DNA of 64,000 nucleotides from Blastocladiella emersonii ATCC 22665 (lineage: Eukaryota; Fungi; Blastocladiomycota). The first letter of the stretch is position 1. The number at the start of each line of letters is the position of its first letter. Of this stretch, positions 22,272-33,504 are shown piece after piece. The DNA lies in assembly GCA_025594325.1 (NCBI GenBank), contig JANHCV010000012.1, forward strand, positions 124,001 to 188,000, read 5' to 3'. Both the position numbers and the translations under genes were made by a program. The notes under the pieces are model-generated. The model made no database searches and was not told the origin of the DNA. It saw only the letters and a program-made list of their open reading frames with translations.

Positions 22272-22385
22272 CGCGCGACCCTTTGCGCAAACCCCTGCGC
22301 CACTTTAGCTGGCGCCGCGGCCGGGTTTGCGCAAACCCCTTTGCGCAAAGGGTCGCGCAAACCCCTTTGCGCAAAGGGTCGCGCA
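22272..22385. repeat. Cluster of palindromic TTTGCGCAAA motifs including a 26-bp tandem duplication
   Basis: TTTGCGCAAA at 22282, 22326, 22340 and 22366. Unit GCGCAAACCCCTTTGCGCAAAGGGTC x2 (22329-22380). 16-bp palindromes GGGTTTGCGCAAACCC and CCCTTTGCGCAAAGGG. Confidence 0.9.
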
Positions 22386-22956
22386 GCCGGAGCCGTTTCG
22401 GCGATGTGCATGCGCTCATGACATATTCATTGCTCCAATACATCAAGTTATACATGTGCTCCGTTTTGTGTTTGTGTTTTCAGCGACGTCCGCTTCTCAC
22501 ATTCGCGATTGCCAGGCCGGCCACAAGTTGAGGCTGGGTTGGTTGGCGCCGCCACATCAGGTGGACCCACGCCATTTCTCGACGCGTCTCGCGTATCTCG
22601 CTTGCAAGCCTGTCGTTGCTGTTCAAAAAAAAATTCAGCGGCACGCGCGATAGCTTGCAAACGTGCGGTTGTGCCCATCTTTGTAAATGCGCAGGTCTTC
22701 GCATCTGCACGTGAAGCGTGCGACCTCATTGCACTGTTGAGACAAAAATATATCGCCGTTACGCTCCTACTTCCGTTGATGCGAGAATTATAGGCAAGTT
22801 TTTCTCTACTGTTCCGAGAGCTCCAGAGCTGGCGCATCCACTGTTCGTACTGTTGCGGTCTACTGTTCTTGCTGGTCGCCACCCAGTATAAAGCTGGACC
22901 TTCCCCTGTGCCCATAACAGCCGAATACAAGCCGCTACTCGACACGACGACTCGAC

Positions 22957-24186
22957 ATGACTGCAAACGACCAAGTCGACCTGCTCGTTCAATCTGCTGG
23001 GCTCAACGAGCGTACCAAGACTCAAGGCGAGCTCCTGATCAAGCTGGGCGGGATGACGCTCGTCGACATCAAGAAAGGTATCGGGAATGACGGCAAGCAG
23101 TGGTGCGGGCTCCACATTTGTGTCCTCGACCTGGACGAGTTTGGCGCGCTCGCCCAGCGCCAACACTGGTTTTGGGACACGCACGACTCCCGCGTTGGCT
23201 GGCTGGTTGTGCACAGCGGGAAGGGGACGCCGGTCAAAAAGGTCGAGTTCAAGAAGAAGATGACCGACAAAGTCAAGAACCTTGTGATCGAGGCCAACAA
23301 AGTTCACCACCGCCTTATCATCATGAGCGTGTTTGACGAAGCTTCCGCTGCGCTCAAGGACGACGAACGTCGCCTGCTTCACTTGTTCGCCACGCCCTGC
23401 AAGCCGTTCATCAGCAGCAGCCTCCGAGCTTTGGGTTGGCGCATGGGCCACTCGTCTGTGCTGCACCTTCGCCGCAACGCCAGCAACCCGGACGAATCCG
23501 AACGCCGGTGCCTGGGCGCCGTCAGCTCGGCAGAGGCATCCGTCGCCTTGCTCAATGCTACGATCCAGCTGAAGCCTTCGTCGACCTTCACGCGCCCGCT
23601 CGAGGTCATGTCCCATGGTTTTCACAAGGGAAAGTCGATTGCCGGCGACTTTATTGTCAACTTTGATGGCGCGACCTTGATCAGCGTTCGAGCTCTTTGT
23701 GGCACCAAATCCCATTGGCGCGGGCTGCACATTGTCGCCATTGATCTGGACGATAACGGCAGCGGTCTCGTTACCAAGACGCATCACTTTGTTTTCGACA
23801 CCCACGGCTCGAAGCGGACGGGTAAGGCCCTCCGCACCACGACCGGCGATTTCAGTGCCACGGTCATTCCCGAGACGCTGCTGCTTACGCTGCACACGCT
23901 GATCTATGGCCGGAACAAGCCCAACTCGCGCATCGTGGTCCTGGGCGCTTATGATAGCGCGGCCGACAACTTGACCGCGCACGAGCGTTACTGGATCCGC
24001 GGTCTCATGTGCCCCAACAAGTCGTCCCTCGAATGCGAGATCAACCGACTCAACGTTCGAAACGGCTACGCGGCCGCGGTCCATGTTGCCACCACGAAGG
24101 ATGGACAGATCATTCGCACGCCTCTGGGCGAAGCCAGATCCAGCCAGGGCTCCCTTGCCCGCCTTCAGCGCAACGTCAAGATCTAG
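22957..24186 (+). CDS. Protein with two tandem ILEI/PANDER (GG-type lectin-like) domains
   Basis: Repeat 1: VQSAG...LIKLGG...CGLHICVLD...WFWDTH...LIIMSVFDEAS. Repeat 2: VMSHGFHKG...IVNFDG...RGLHIVAID...FVFDTH...IVVLGAYDSAA. Matches the SxG / RGxNxxxxD / FDT / DEA pattern. Intronless, 409 aa. Confidence 0.75.
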   Translation: MTANDQVDLLVQSAGLNERTKTQGELLIKLGGMTLVDIKKGIGNDGKQWCGLHICVLDLDEFGALAQRQHWFWDTHDSRVGWLVVHSGKGTPVKKVEFKKKMTDKVKNLVIEANKVHHRLIIMSVFDEASAALKDDERRLLHLFATPCKPFISSSLRALGWRMGHSSVLHLRRNASNPDESERRCLGAVSSAEASVALLNATIQLKPSSTFTRPLEVMSHGFHKGKSIAGDFIVNFDGATLISVRALCGTKSHWRGLHIVAIDLDDNGSGLVTKTHHFVFDTHGSKRTGKALRTTTGDFSATVIPETLLLTLHTLIYGRNKPNSRIVVLGAYDSAADNLTAHERYWIRGLMCPNKSSLECEINRLNVRNGYAAAVHVATTKDGQIIRTPLGEARSSQGSLARLQRNVKI

Positions 24187-24588
24187 CTCTTATCGTGGTT
24201 TCATGGTTCAAGTGAGCGGGGCGCAATTAGTATTTTCATTTGTTGGTTCAACGTTTCCGAACATAAACTTTTGTGTGTTTCGTAACAATCTCTCATTGAA
24301 CTGCTGTGTGAATTCCAGGGCCATGAGCTTTCGCCGATTGGCAAGGTTGTCTTTGCGTAGCATCATTTCGAAGGCCCTAAACCTCGATTGGTTCGTTCGT
24401 CACACTTACAACGAGTGCGGAGGTTGATCTTCTTTGATCAACGACCGGATCAACGACCTTCCTCACATCCAACGCGCAATTAAGTACCAGTCCTCGCCGA
24501 AGATGCACAAGTTACCCGTCCTGCCCAATCTCGACGCGCCAGTCGATGAACACGAACGAGAGCTGCGAGAAACTAAATCGTATCTAAC

Positions 24589-24627
24589 GAATGAATGAAT
24601 GAATGAATGAATGAATGAATGAATGAA
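24589..24627 (+). repeat. (GAAT)n microsatellite, about 9 units, followed by poly-A
   Basis: Direct reading of the sequence, between two convergent 3' ends. Confidence 0.95.
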
Positions 24628-24663
24628 AAAAAAAACGACAAACGGGAGCGCTTCAACCACTAC

Positions 24664-27035
24664 TCAGCAGTTGTGGTGGATCGCGACCATGGCGTCCGCG
24701 TACACGCGCGACGCGACCGTCATGGGCGCGACGCGGCGGATCTCGTCGATGATCACCCGACTCTTGGCACGGTCGCGCATCGCCAACACAACAGCGTTCG
24801 CTATCCAGTGCGCGTCCTTGACGCCATTGAGCGCGCCCGAGGGGACGGTGCGCCAAAAGGAAACGGGGATCGAGATTTCCGGTGCATCGGAAGCGGATGA
24901 TTCGTTCAACTTATCAAGCAGAACCGCAAAGTCGGTGCGAATCAGAAGCTGTACGAGATCGTGATACGGTTGGCGCAGCGAAACACACGCAAATTTGCAC
25001 GCGCCGAAGTTGGCTTGATTGGGGTGCGCGCGCACGGGACGTTGTTTGGTGAGGCACTCTATTGACTTGAGAAACTCGACCAGCTTCAGAAAAACATCAA
25101 TTGGGAGTTGCTGAAGTGCATTGGGCTTCAGAGCCAAGAGCTCGCGCACCGTGTCGAGCCAGACACGCTGGCCTGTGAGTTGGCATTCGCCACAAGCAGC
25201 CGCGGGCGGAACAGCAAGCGGAAAATTGTGGTGACCGACCACGTTGGACACTTGCGCGCAAATCATAGCGCCGAGAAATAGGACAATGCTGTCCGACTCG
25301 CTCATCAGCGCGATCGCGGAGTCCCGGATCGAGCGGCCCTGCAGGACGGCAACAGGGACCCATGCGAGTGCAGCGCAATTTGAGGCCGAAAGCTGGAGAA
25401 CAGTTGCGTTGGCAACGAGAAACACATCGAAGAGATCAGCCTTAAGATCGCTCGAGAAGACAGCCTCCATGATCTTGCTGGGTTTTGGAAACTCCAAGTG
25501 ACGTATTTCCGAGCGCGGCCACTTGAACTCGCGATGCAAGACTGCTGCAATCGCGTGACTGATACTCGGCATTTTGCTCGCACCGTGAAGTCGGGCAAAA
25601 GCTAACACGTCCTGAGGCGCCGGCTTGTGCAAGTTGAGCTCAAGCGAAATCTTGAAGGCTAGGAGATGTAAAGGGATGTTTTTTGTTAGTCTTTTCTTTT
25701 CTCTAGACCCGCTTTGGTCCAGCAAGAGAACATACCTTCAGCCACGGCGTTCTCAAAACCATCGCCAAGAAGCCGTGCAGCGAGGGTAGCGAACGGACCA
25801 GTCGGCCCACCTTGACGCCCAACTTGAAACTTATCCAAGGCAAGCATCAAGATGCGCGGCCAAGCACTTTCATCGATGAGGTTGAGTCTGTGCAAGATTT
25901 CCAGGCCGTCCATGCCAAGGTCGAATTCTTCGTTGTCCAGCTTGACGAAAACTCCAAAGCGCGAGGTGCTATTGATTGAGCTCGCCACAAGATGTGGCTC
26001 AAGTTCCGCCAGTTTCGCAAGAACAGGTGGGTTCTCGAATAGGGATGAGATATAGGCCACCCCGTCAAAGACCCGGCGCTCATGAGTCCAAGATTCGCGG
26101 AAGAGCCACTGGAGCGTCAGCGCGACGTCGCGCGCAGGGTGGATCCGGAAATCAGTTTTCTGAATGCTGTATAGTAGCGCCGAGGAGAGCAGCTCGTCGT
26201 TGAAAGTGCTCGTTAGCCACTTCTTGCTCAGACCAACCACTGGAAGCTCGAGGAGCATTTGGAGCAGAGGTACACTCCATATAAACACGGAGAGCACACC
26301 CAAGAACTGCACAAGGGTGAAGGTGACCTCGTCCTCGACGACGGCGTCGACCCAGCGCGAATCGTGGTAGAAGAGCCGGTCGTGCGAAACTTGCGAGAGA
26401 ATGGCCCAGGAGCGCACCGGCAGTCGGATTTGGAAAAGGGCTCTAGGCGCCGACTGTGCAGCAGCAGTGAGAAGTCGGGCAACGGATGGCACATCAAGTC
26501 GAACCATGGCCACAGTGAAGAGTTGGAAGAGTGATCCGACGGGCTCTTCGGCACAGGACTGCTGAGTATCAGGTATGCTAACCGACTCGTCGATATCCTG
26601 GGACAAGGTGTCCAGTCCTGTTTCCGAAGCGCTAAGAAACGACGACGCCAACGGAAGAATGTGGTCAAACAACGCGAAGAAGAGCGACACGACGTAGTTA
26701 TAATCACGGTCGCTGGGCGTCACTCGAACCGGGGCGTGCTCTGGGCGGCAGAACTGAAGATGCATCCCGCTATCCGAGGCGAAGCATGCCCCGCTGACAA
26801 CGTAGTAATGATCGAGCCGCTCGCCTGGGACGCCGAGTTCGAGAAGCTGATGAATCCAACCACGCTTCACAGGAGCATTGTTCGCGACGGTGTAGAACTC
26901 CCGCGTCGCAAAGCAGATGGCAGCCTGGGGTCGGGCGAGCAGGAAAACCTGCGTGAGAGTTTCGACGGGGAGGGCAGCAAGACCAGCGCGCCGGTTCCGT
27001 TGCGCCAAGTTATGTTCATTGGTTTCATTCATCAT
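24664..27035 (-). CDS. F-box-like protein, two exons, about 760 aa
   Basis: N-terminal LAALPVETLTQVFLLA...REFYTVA...W is F-box-like. Intron 25659-25735 (GTATGT...CTAAC...TAG) joins ORF 25686-27125 to 24664-25725 in frame (AE-A-FKISLEL). Confidence 0.7.
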
Positions 27036-27987
27036 GGGTGATCTCGACGTCGGCACGGGAGCGTGGCACTCGCCAAACGAACTCGGCCTCGAGGACCAGA
27101 TGACGTCACGCCGGTGGCGCAACACGTCCAGGGGCTTCGCTCGTCGCGAAAGCCTTCAACGATGAAATAGACAGGCTGGATACCTTGATGCGTTCAAGCC
27201 CAAAACTGCTGTGATGGGAGAGTGGGTATAACGGATCGGCGAGGGGGACGACGGGATCATACCCGTTTGGCATCACGCGGGAGGTCCACGGCAACGACGC
27301 GTTCCTGCACGAGATCCTGTCCATCATCTCCAAGAACGACCAGCACGCGGCCATGCTCCTCATGTCAGTATTACGCTACGAACTGCTCTTGAACTCGAAC
27401 ACGCCTGTGCCTGCTTTGTCACTCGAGCCGCCAGCAGCTGCTCAAGGTCGACTAGATCCGGCCTAGTTCGCGTAACCTAACTCGTCAACGTCTTGGCCAA
27501 GATGGCCGACGAGGATGTCCGTCGGTTCGCCGGACCTATTCGCGCGCCGCAGAGCGAGAGGCCAAGCAGCGATGGTTGGGGATGATGGAAGATGCCGGCG
27601 TAGGCGGGGATTGGGGAGGTATGTGAAAGGTTTCGCTAGTTCAGCCCAGTGGACCGGGAGGGCGCGCAGGTGGCGAGGCGAGCATACTGTTCTCAGCGAA
27701 GCGCAGTCCGATGAACCGTTGTGTTCTGCATCGGTGAAGCGCGCCTGCGTTGCCTGTCCGCCAAGCATCATCACCGTCCGCGTGCAGCTCCCCCAGCTCG
27801 CGATGTCCTACTCGCCCACGTCAAACGGGCGTACCGCCCGCCTAATTCCACTGTTCGTGGAGCTCAGTGGGCTGCACAGTGCAGCGGCGAGCGGGGCCCC
27901 GGTCCACCGCCTGTCACCGAGTATGCTCGTGAGCAAACGAGGCGGGCCGCGGCGCAAGCAAGAACGGCGTCCTCGACATGCCCATCT

Positions 27988-28143
27988 GCGCAACGGAGCT
28001 ACGTCGACACGTTGCATCAAGTAACAAGCATCGCCATCGACCGCAGAACCATGGACGCGGGAGACGGCAGCGGACAAGGGCGAGCGCGCGCGTGGCGCAC
28101 GTGAAACGCGACGCGTCCGTTTTCCGGGACCCGCTGCGAGACA
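27988..28143 (+). repeat. Diverged dispersed repeat, copy B (copy A at 14619-14786)
   Basis: See copy A; same orientation. Confidence 0.75.
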
Positions 28144-28800
28144 AACGCGCGTCTCCCCGGTCTCCGCGGCATATCGCGTCGCGGCGCGTGCGGCACCACC
28201 ACCACGTCGCCCGACAGCTCCGTCGGACTGGTCGATGGCAGGCCCACCGCGGTGAAAGGGGGAGGGGAGCACGGCGATGGCGGCCGCGGGACGCGACGCG
28301 TCGGTTGAGAGCGCTCTCTCCGCCACCGCCTCTACTCTCAACCACCCACTGCTAGACTCGACGCACACACGCACTCGGGCCAACGTCTCGCCCGCATGAA
28401 GCCACTGCACTAGACGCCGACTAGACTGCTCCTTCGCAACACGCCCCGTCGCCGACTGCCGCGCGCTGGATACCACTTCAGCGAGCGCGCCGACTGTACG
28501 CATTGTCACGCTTGCGCCCTGTGCCGTCGATTGGTCGAAGAGGGGGAGCCGTTCGGGGTGGGTGGATCCACGACCATCACGCGTTCCCCTTTGGTCGCCG
28601 CCTTGGCGCGCGTGTCCGCCCGACGCATCTCCGCCCGCCTCGCCCCGTCCGAGAGATGAATCACGCATGGAAGATGCTGACCGTGCCTCCCGCCTCCGCC
28701 GCAGCCACCGCGCTAGACTACCGCTACGACCTGCCCGATCCGCCCGCATCTCGCCCGGGCACCCTCCTCCGCTCCTTTTCGCCGGCCACTCTAGTCCGCC

Positions 28801-31239
28801 ATGGTCGCTTCTTCCGCCTCCGCGGCCGCGCTGCACGACACACCCGCGCCCGTCGCGACCGAGCTGTCGGTCCGCCTGCAGTCGTTTGTGCGCACCGCGC
28901 GCCGCGCGCTCCCCCGCCGCGCGCTGCTGCGGCTACCCCGCGGCGCCCCGATCCTGCCGCGCCACCATTCTCGCGCAGCCGCCAAGTTCCGCGCGCTCGC
29001 GGCGTCGTCGTCCATACCGGCCGCCGGCGACGACGATGAGTTCTCCAACGACGAGAACGACGGCGCCGAGCCGCGACCCGCTCGCACCGGCACCGCGACC
29101 GCGTCGGCGCGCCTGCGCGACTGGCTGCGCCGCGGCGGCCGGTCCAAGCGCGCGCGGGCCCGCGCCGCATCAACCTCCCCCTCTGACCCCGCCGCACAGC
29201 GACCGTGGTTCCGGCGCCCGGCGGTCCTCGAGCCGGCGTCCATCGAGGAGCTCAAGAAGATGTTTGTCCCGCTCTCCTCGCTCGGCTCGCTCGTGTTCCT
29301 GCTGACGGGCCCGTGGCTGCTCCCGCTCGCGTGGCTGCACCTGAGCTGCGTCTTCTTTGCCACCACGCTGCTCGTCAACTGCTCGCACCTCGTGCGGTAC
29401 ACGTACGCCGTGGTCCAGCTGCGCCGCACGCTCGGCGCGTGGTCAAGCGGCGCGCTGCGTTCCGCCCCGTCAAACTACTACCATGTCGTCGTCGTGCCCA
29501 ACTACGCCGAGCCCGAGCCGCTGCTCCGCGACACGCTCGCGCGGCTCGCCGCGCACCCGGCCGCGAGGGACCGGTACCTCGTGGTTCTCGCCATGGAGGC
29601 GAGCGAGCACGGGCACGCCGAAAAGGCCGCGCGGCTCGCGGCGGCGTACGCGCCCGCCTTCGCCGACCTCCTCGTCACGGTGCACCCGGCGGGCATCCCC
29701 GGTGAGTGCCGCGGCAAGGGCAGCAACGTCGCGTGGGCCGTCGACCAGGCCGTGCGCGCCTGGGTCGCCGGGCCCGTGCAACCCGTTGCGCACGACACGC
29801 GGCGGCACCGTCTGGGTGTGCGGGATCTCGACCCGGCGCGCGTCGTGCTGACCATCACCGACGCCGACAGCGTGGTCCCCGAGCTGTACTTTTGCGAGGT
29901 CGAGCGCGAGCTGGCCTCCCCCAAGTACCCGCACCAGCACGCCGAGTGGCGGTTCTTCGTCCCGCCCATCTTCTTCGGCCGGAACCCGGACGACGTGCCC
30001 GCGGCGGTGCGCGCTACGGACGCGGCGTGGTCGTGCGGGCTGATGCAGAACCTGGCCAACGCGCGCGCCATGCACTTCCCGTGCTCGACGTACTCGGTGA
30101 CGCTGCCGCTCGCGATCCGCGCCCACGGGTGGTGCACGGGCCGCGACGCCGTCGGCGAGGACCTGCACATGTTCCTCAAGTGCTTCTACGTGACGGCGAC
30201 GCGTGCACGGGCGACGCCGATCTGGGTGCCCATCAACCTCGCCAATGTCGCCACGGACGACGGGTATTTGGCCGATTGCAAGGCCAAGTTCGTCCAGGCC
30301 GCGCGCCACTTTTCGGGGTCCGCCGACTCGCTGTTCGCGCTGCGCCACACCTTCTTCCCCGACACGGCCGCGCGCGTCGCGGCTGCGACCCCCGCGCCAG
30401 GCCTCGGTGGGGTGCCCTGGCACGCGCTCGTACACGACGCCGACCCGACGCCCGCGCGCACGTGGCGGCGGTTCGCGGACCGGCTGCTGTGCCTGGTGCA
30501 CGTCTTCGAGGCGCACATGGTGCCCGCGACGTCGTGGATGACGATCCTGGCGATCCCCGTGGCGTCCGTCCTCAACCCAAGCCTGACCGCGCACCCGCTG
30601 TTCGCGCTCATCTCGCGGCTCTCGATGCTCCTCGCCGCGCCGTACGTCCTGCTCATCGCCCTGTACGAGTGCCAGCACCGGTTCGTCGAGGCGTCGGGCA
30701 TCCACGACACGCCCGTCGGGCACTCGACGCGCAAGTGGCGGCATCTGCTCGACTACACGCTCCTCCCGCTGTGCGCGCTCGTGTTCGTGGCCGCGCCCGC
30801 CATGTCCAACGCCCAAAACGCGTGGCGGCTCATCTGGCGCGGGACCGTCGACGAGTTCGAGTACGTGGTCGCCGCCAAGTCGCTCGCCGGGCTCGGGATC
30901 GCGTCGTCCGCTTCGGGACCCGCCGTGGAGCTCGACGAGGTCGTGGTCGTCGTCCCTGAACCCGCGTCCATCGCCGCCCTCCTCCCACCGCTCCCGCGCC
31001 TCGACGCCACCGACTCGGCGTTCGGCGACGCCGACACGTGCCTGTGCGACGTGCCGTGTACGTGCAACGACCCGTGTCCCGTCCACGCCGACGCTGAGGC
31101 CGTGGTCCCCGCGGCGGCGACGGTGCCCGCAGCCGCGAAGCGACCCGCCCACTCCCTCGCCGCGCACCACCAGCAGAAGGACTCGGGCTTCTTCGAGCCG
31201 CTGCGCCTGGCTGCCGCGGAGCGTGAGGCGGCCGTGTAG
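28801..31239 (+). CDS. Family-2-like membrane glycosyltransferase
   Basis: HVVVVPNYAE, VVLAMEA, HPAGIPGECRGKGSNVAWA, TITDAD (DxD), PIFFGRN, STYSV, GEDLHMFLKC, plus N- and C-terminal TM segments. Strongly GC3-biased 812-aa ORF. Confidence 0.88.
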   Translation: MVASSASAAALHDTPAPVATELSVRLQSFVRTARRALPRRALLRLPRGAPILPRHHSRAAAKFRALAASSSIPAAGDDDEFSNDENDGAEPRPARTGTATASARLRDWLRRGGRSKRARARAASTSPSDPAAQRPWFRRPAVLEPASIEELKKMFVPLSSLGSLVFLLTGPWLLPLAWLHLSCVFFATTLLVNCSHLVRYTYAVVQLRRTLGAWSSGALRSAPSNYYHVVVVPNYAEPEPLLRDTLARLAAHPAARDRYLVVLAMEASEHGHAEKAARLAAAYAPAFADLLVTVHPAGIPGECRGKGSNVAWAVDQAVRAWVAGPVQPVAHDTRRHRLGVRDLDPARVVLTITDADSVVPELYFCEVERELASPKYPHQHAEWRFFVPPIFFGRNPDDVPAAVRATDAAWSCGLMQNLANARAMHFPCSTYSVTLPLAIRAHGWCTGRDAVGEDLHMFLKCFYVTATRARATPIWVPINLANVATDDGYLADCKAKFVQAARHFSGSADSLFALRHTFFPDTAARVAAATPAPGLGGVPWHALVHDADPTPARTWRRFADRLLCLVHVFEAHMVPATSWMTILAIPVASVLNPSLTAHPLFALISRLSMLLAAPYVLLIALYECQHRFVEASGIHDTPVGHSTRKWRHLLDYTLLPLCALVFVAAPAMSNAQNAWRLIWRGTVDEFEYVVAAKSLAGLGIASSASGPAVELDEVVVVVPEPASIAALLPPLPRLDATDSAFGDADTCLCDVPCTCNDPCPVHADAEAVVPAAATVPAAAKRPAHSLAAHHQQKDSGFFEPLRLAAAEREAAV

Positions 31240-31380
31240 TCGAGACTGACTTGTTGTTGATTCCCATCCATGTGTGACTTGAACCCCAACCCAACCAACT
31301 GACAATCAATACCAAAAACCATCGTATCGAATCGAATCAGTCGCAAATGGGCAAAGAGAGATGGACAAAGGAGGAAAGGG

Positions 31381-33238
31381 TTACTGTGGGTCGGGCTCGC
31401 CCGTCGCGGCCGCCGCGGCCGCAGCGACGGCTGACCGACGACGTGTTGTGCGCGCACCCGCTGCTGGTGGGTCGACGGGGGTCGTAGTGGGAGTGGTCGC
31501 GGTGCTCCTCCGACGTGTCCGTGGCGGCTCGGGGACGGGCGGTGCGGCTGTCGTTCCAGGTGCAGGGGGTGCGAGTGCAGCGAGTGCAGCGAGTGCGGGC
31601 GCTGGTGCTGGAGCGGGTCCGGGTGCGCTTGGTGGCGGGAGCGCCGGCGACAGGAGCTGCGTGGCCGCGACGGCCGCCGTCGTCGTTGTTATCGTGACCG
31701 CGGGTGGTGTCAAGTCCCCGTTCGCCTCGGGCACGGGTGCCGATACTGGAGCCGCCGGTGCTGGTGCTGCGGGAACCGGTACGCCCATGACAGATGCGGC
31801 CGACGCCATCGCGGCCGCGGCCATCGCCGCGGCTTTCGCACGCGCGTGCGGCCCGGGTTTCAGAGTCTTCTTCTCGCCGACCATGACCTCGACGCTCCCG
31901 TTCGGCGCGCGGGTGATCTCGACCGTGACGGGTGCGTATTTCGGGACGCGGTCGGCGCGCGGCATGCGCTGGATCCACGCGGTGACGAACGGGTGGTTGA
32001 GGCCAAAGTACTCGTGTCCGTTGGCGTTGCCCGCGTGCGTGCGGTCGCGGATCGCGGACGTCGCGCGGAGGACCGCCGTCCAGCACTGCGACGGGTTGAT
32101 GCCCGTGTACACGTGCGACGGCTGGTCTGCCGCGGTGACCGAGAAGATGGGCAGGCCGCGCGGCGCGGGGGACGCGGAGATGGTCGAGGTGTACGTCGTG
32201 GTGCCGTCGCGGTTTACGGCGGACTGGTACGTTCTACACAGGAGGCTCGGGTTTAGTCATCGCCCAAGGGCACCGCCGGAACCATGAAGCGTACCGCTGC
32301 GTCGAGAACCCGACGGGGTAGATATACCGCTCGTTCGCAAACCCGTCATCGACGCTGACCTCGCCGAGCGCGAGCAGAGTGAACGTCCCCAAATCGATCG
32401 GGAACGCGGCCGCCGCGGGCAGCGTCGTCTCGGCGTCGAGCGGCACGTCCACGGGAAGCACCGCACGCCGCCGGTCTCGCGACAGCGCGGCTTTCCGCGC
32501 CGAGATGGGCGGAGCGGCCGCGGGCGCCGTCGATGGGGCACCGGGCGGGTGTGGTGGTGGTAGTAGTGGCGCCGCCACGGGCGGGTCGGCGGACGCGTCG
32601 GCGGGTGCGACCGCGCGCTGCTGCTTACGCGGCGGCGACGACGTCGTGCGGCCCGCGCGGGCGGAGCGTCTTCGTCCCGCCGCCGTCGCGGTGTCATCTA
32701 GTGGTGGTGGTGGAACAGTAACCGCGGCCCGGCCGGGCGGCGGCGCCAGCTCATCGATTTCCATGGGCACCACGGCGGCGGCAGCGACGGCGAGCGGCGG
32801 CAGCGGGCCCGTTGGGAGCGACATCGGCGGGGGCGGGATGGCGAGCGGCTGCGACCGGACCGCGTGCATGATGTCGGCGTCGACCCACTCGAGGACCGCC
32901 GGCGCGCTGTACACGGACGGCTCGCGCGTGGCCAGGGCCGAGGCGAGGACGCTAGATTGCGAGGATGTTAGGGCAGGTCCACAGTGAGGGGTGCGATGGG
33001 CGTACCGGTTCTCGCGGCGGAGCCGCTGGTTGGCCTGGCGCACGGCGCGCAGCTCGTGCTCGAGCGAGTGCACGCGGGACTCGAGGCCTGCATCGTCGGC
33101 GTCGGCGTCGGTATCGGCGGTGGCGCGGCGCTTGCGGGTGGGGCGGCGCGGCGGCGATGGCGGGGCCGTCGTGGTCGAGCTGGACGGGGCCGGGCCATCG
33201 CCATCGGCGGCGGCGGTTTGGGACCCACTGCTGCTCAT
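31381..33238 (-). CDS. FYRN/FYRC (FY-rich) domain chromatin protein, TBRG1-like
   Basis: LGTFTLLALGEV...RYIYPVGFSTQR, intron 32234-32294, TYQSAVN...YTSTI...PIFSVT (FYRN) and YTGINPSQCWTAVL...GHEYFGLNHP (FYRC). A second small intron lies near 32955-33005. The start codon is uncertain (33238 or 33322). Confidence 0.8.
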
Positions 33239-33504
33239 GCTTGGTTCTTCGAGAGTGCTGCTGGTGTTTGGGGCGGGATGGCGATGCAGCAAGTCGGAGC
33301 CGGTAGCTCGCGGGCGATTCATTGGGGGCGTAGTATGAGTGGGAGGCGGAGTGCGATACACGGCGGTGCGCGAACAGCGAGGGCGCACTCAGTCAAGTCT
33401 AGGTCGGCCGCTATCCTCGATGGGAGACGCCCAGGAGTCGGCGGGAGAGGGAGACTCACTCAACCACACATTTATGCATCAGCACACAACACTCGTCCAC
33501 AAGA

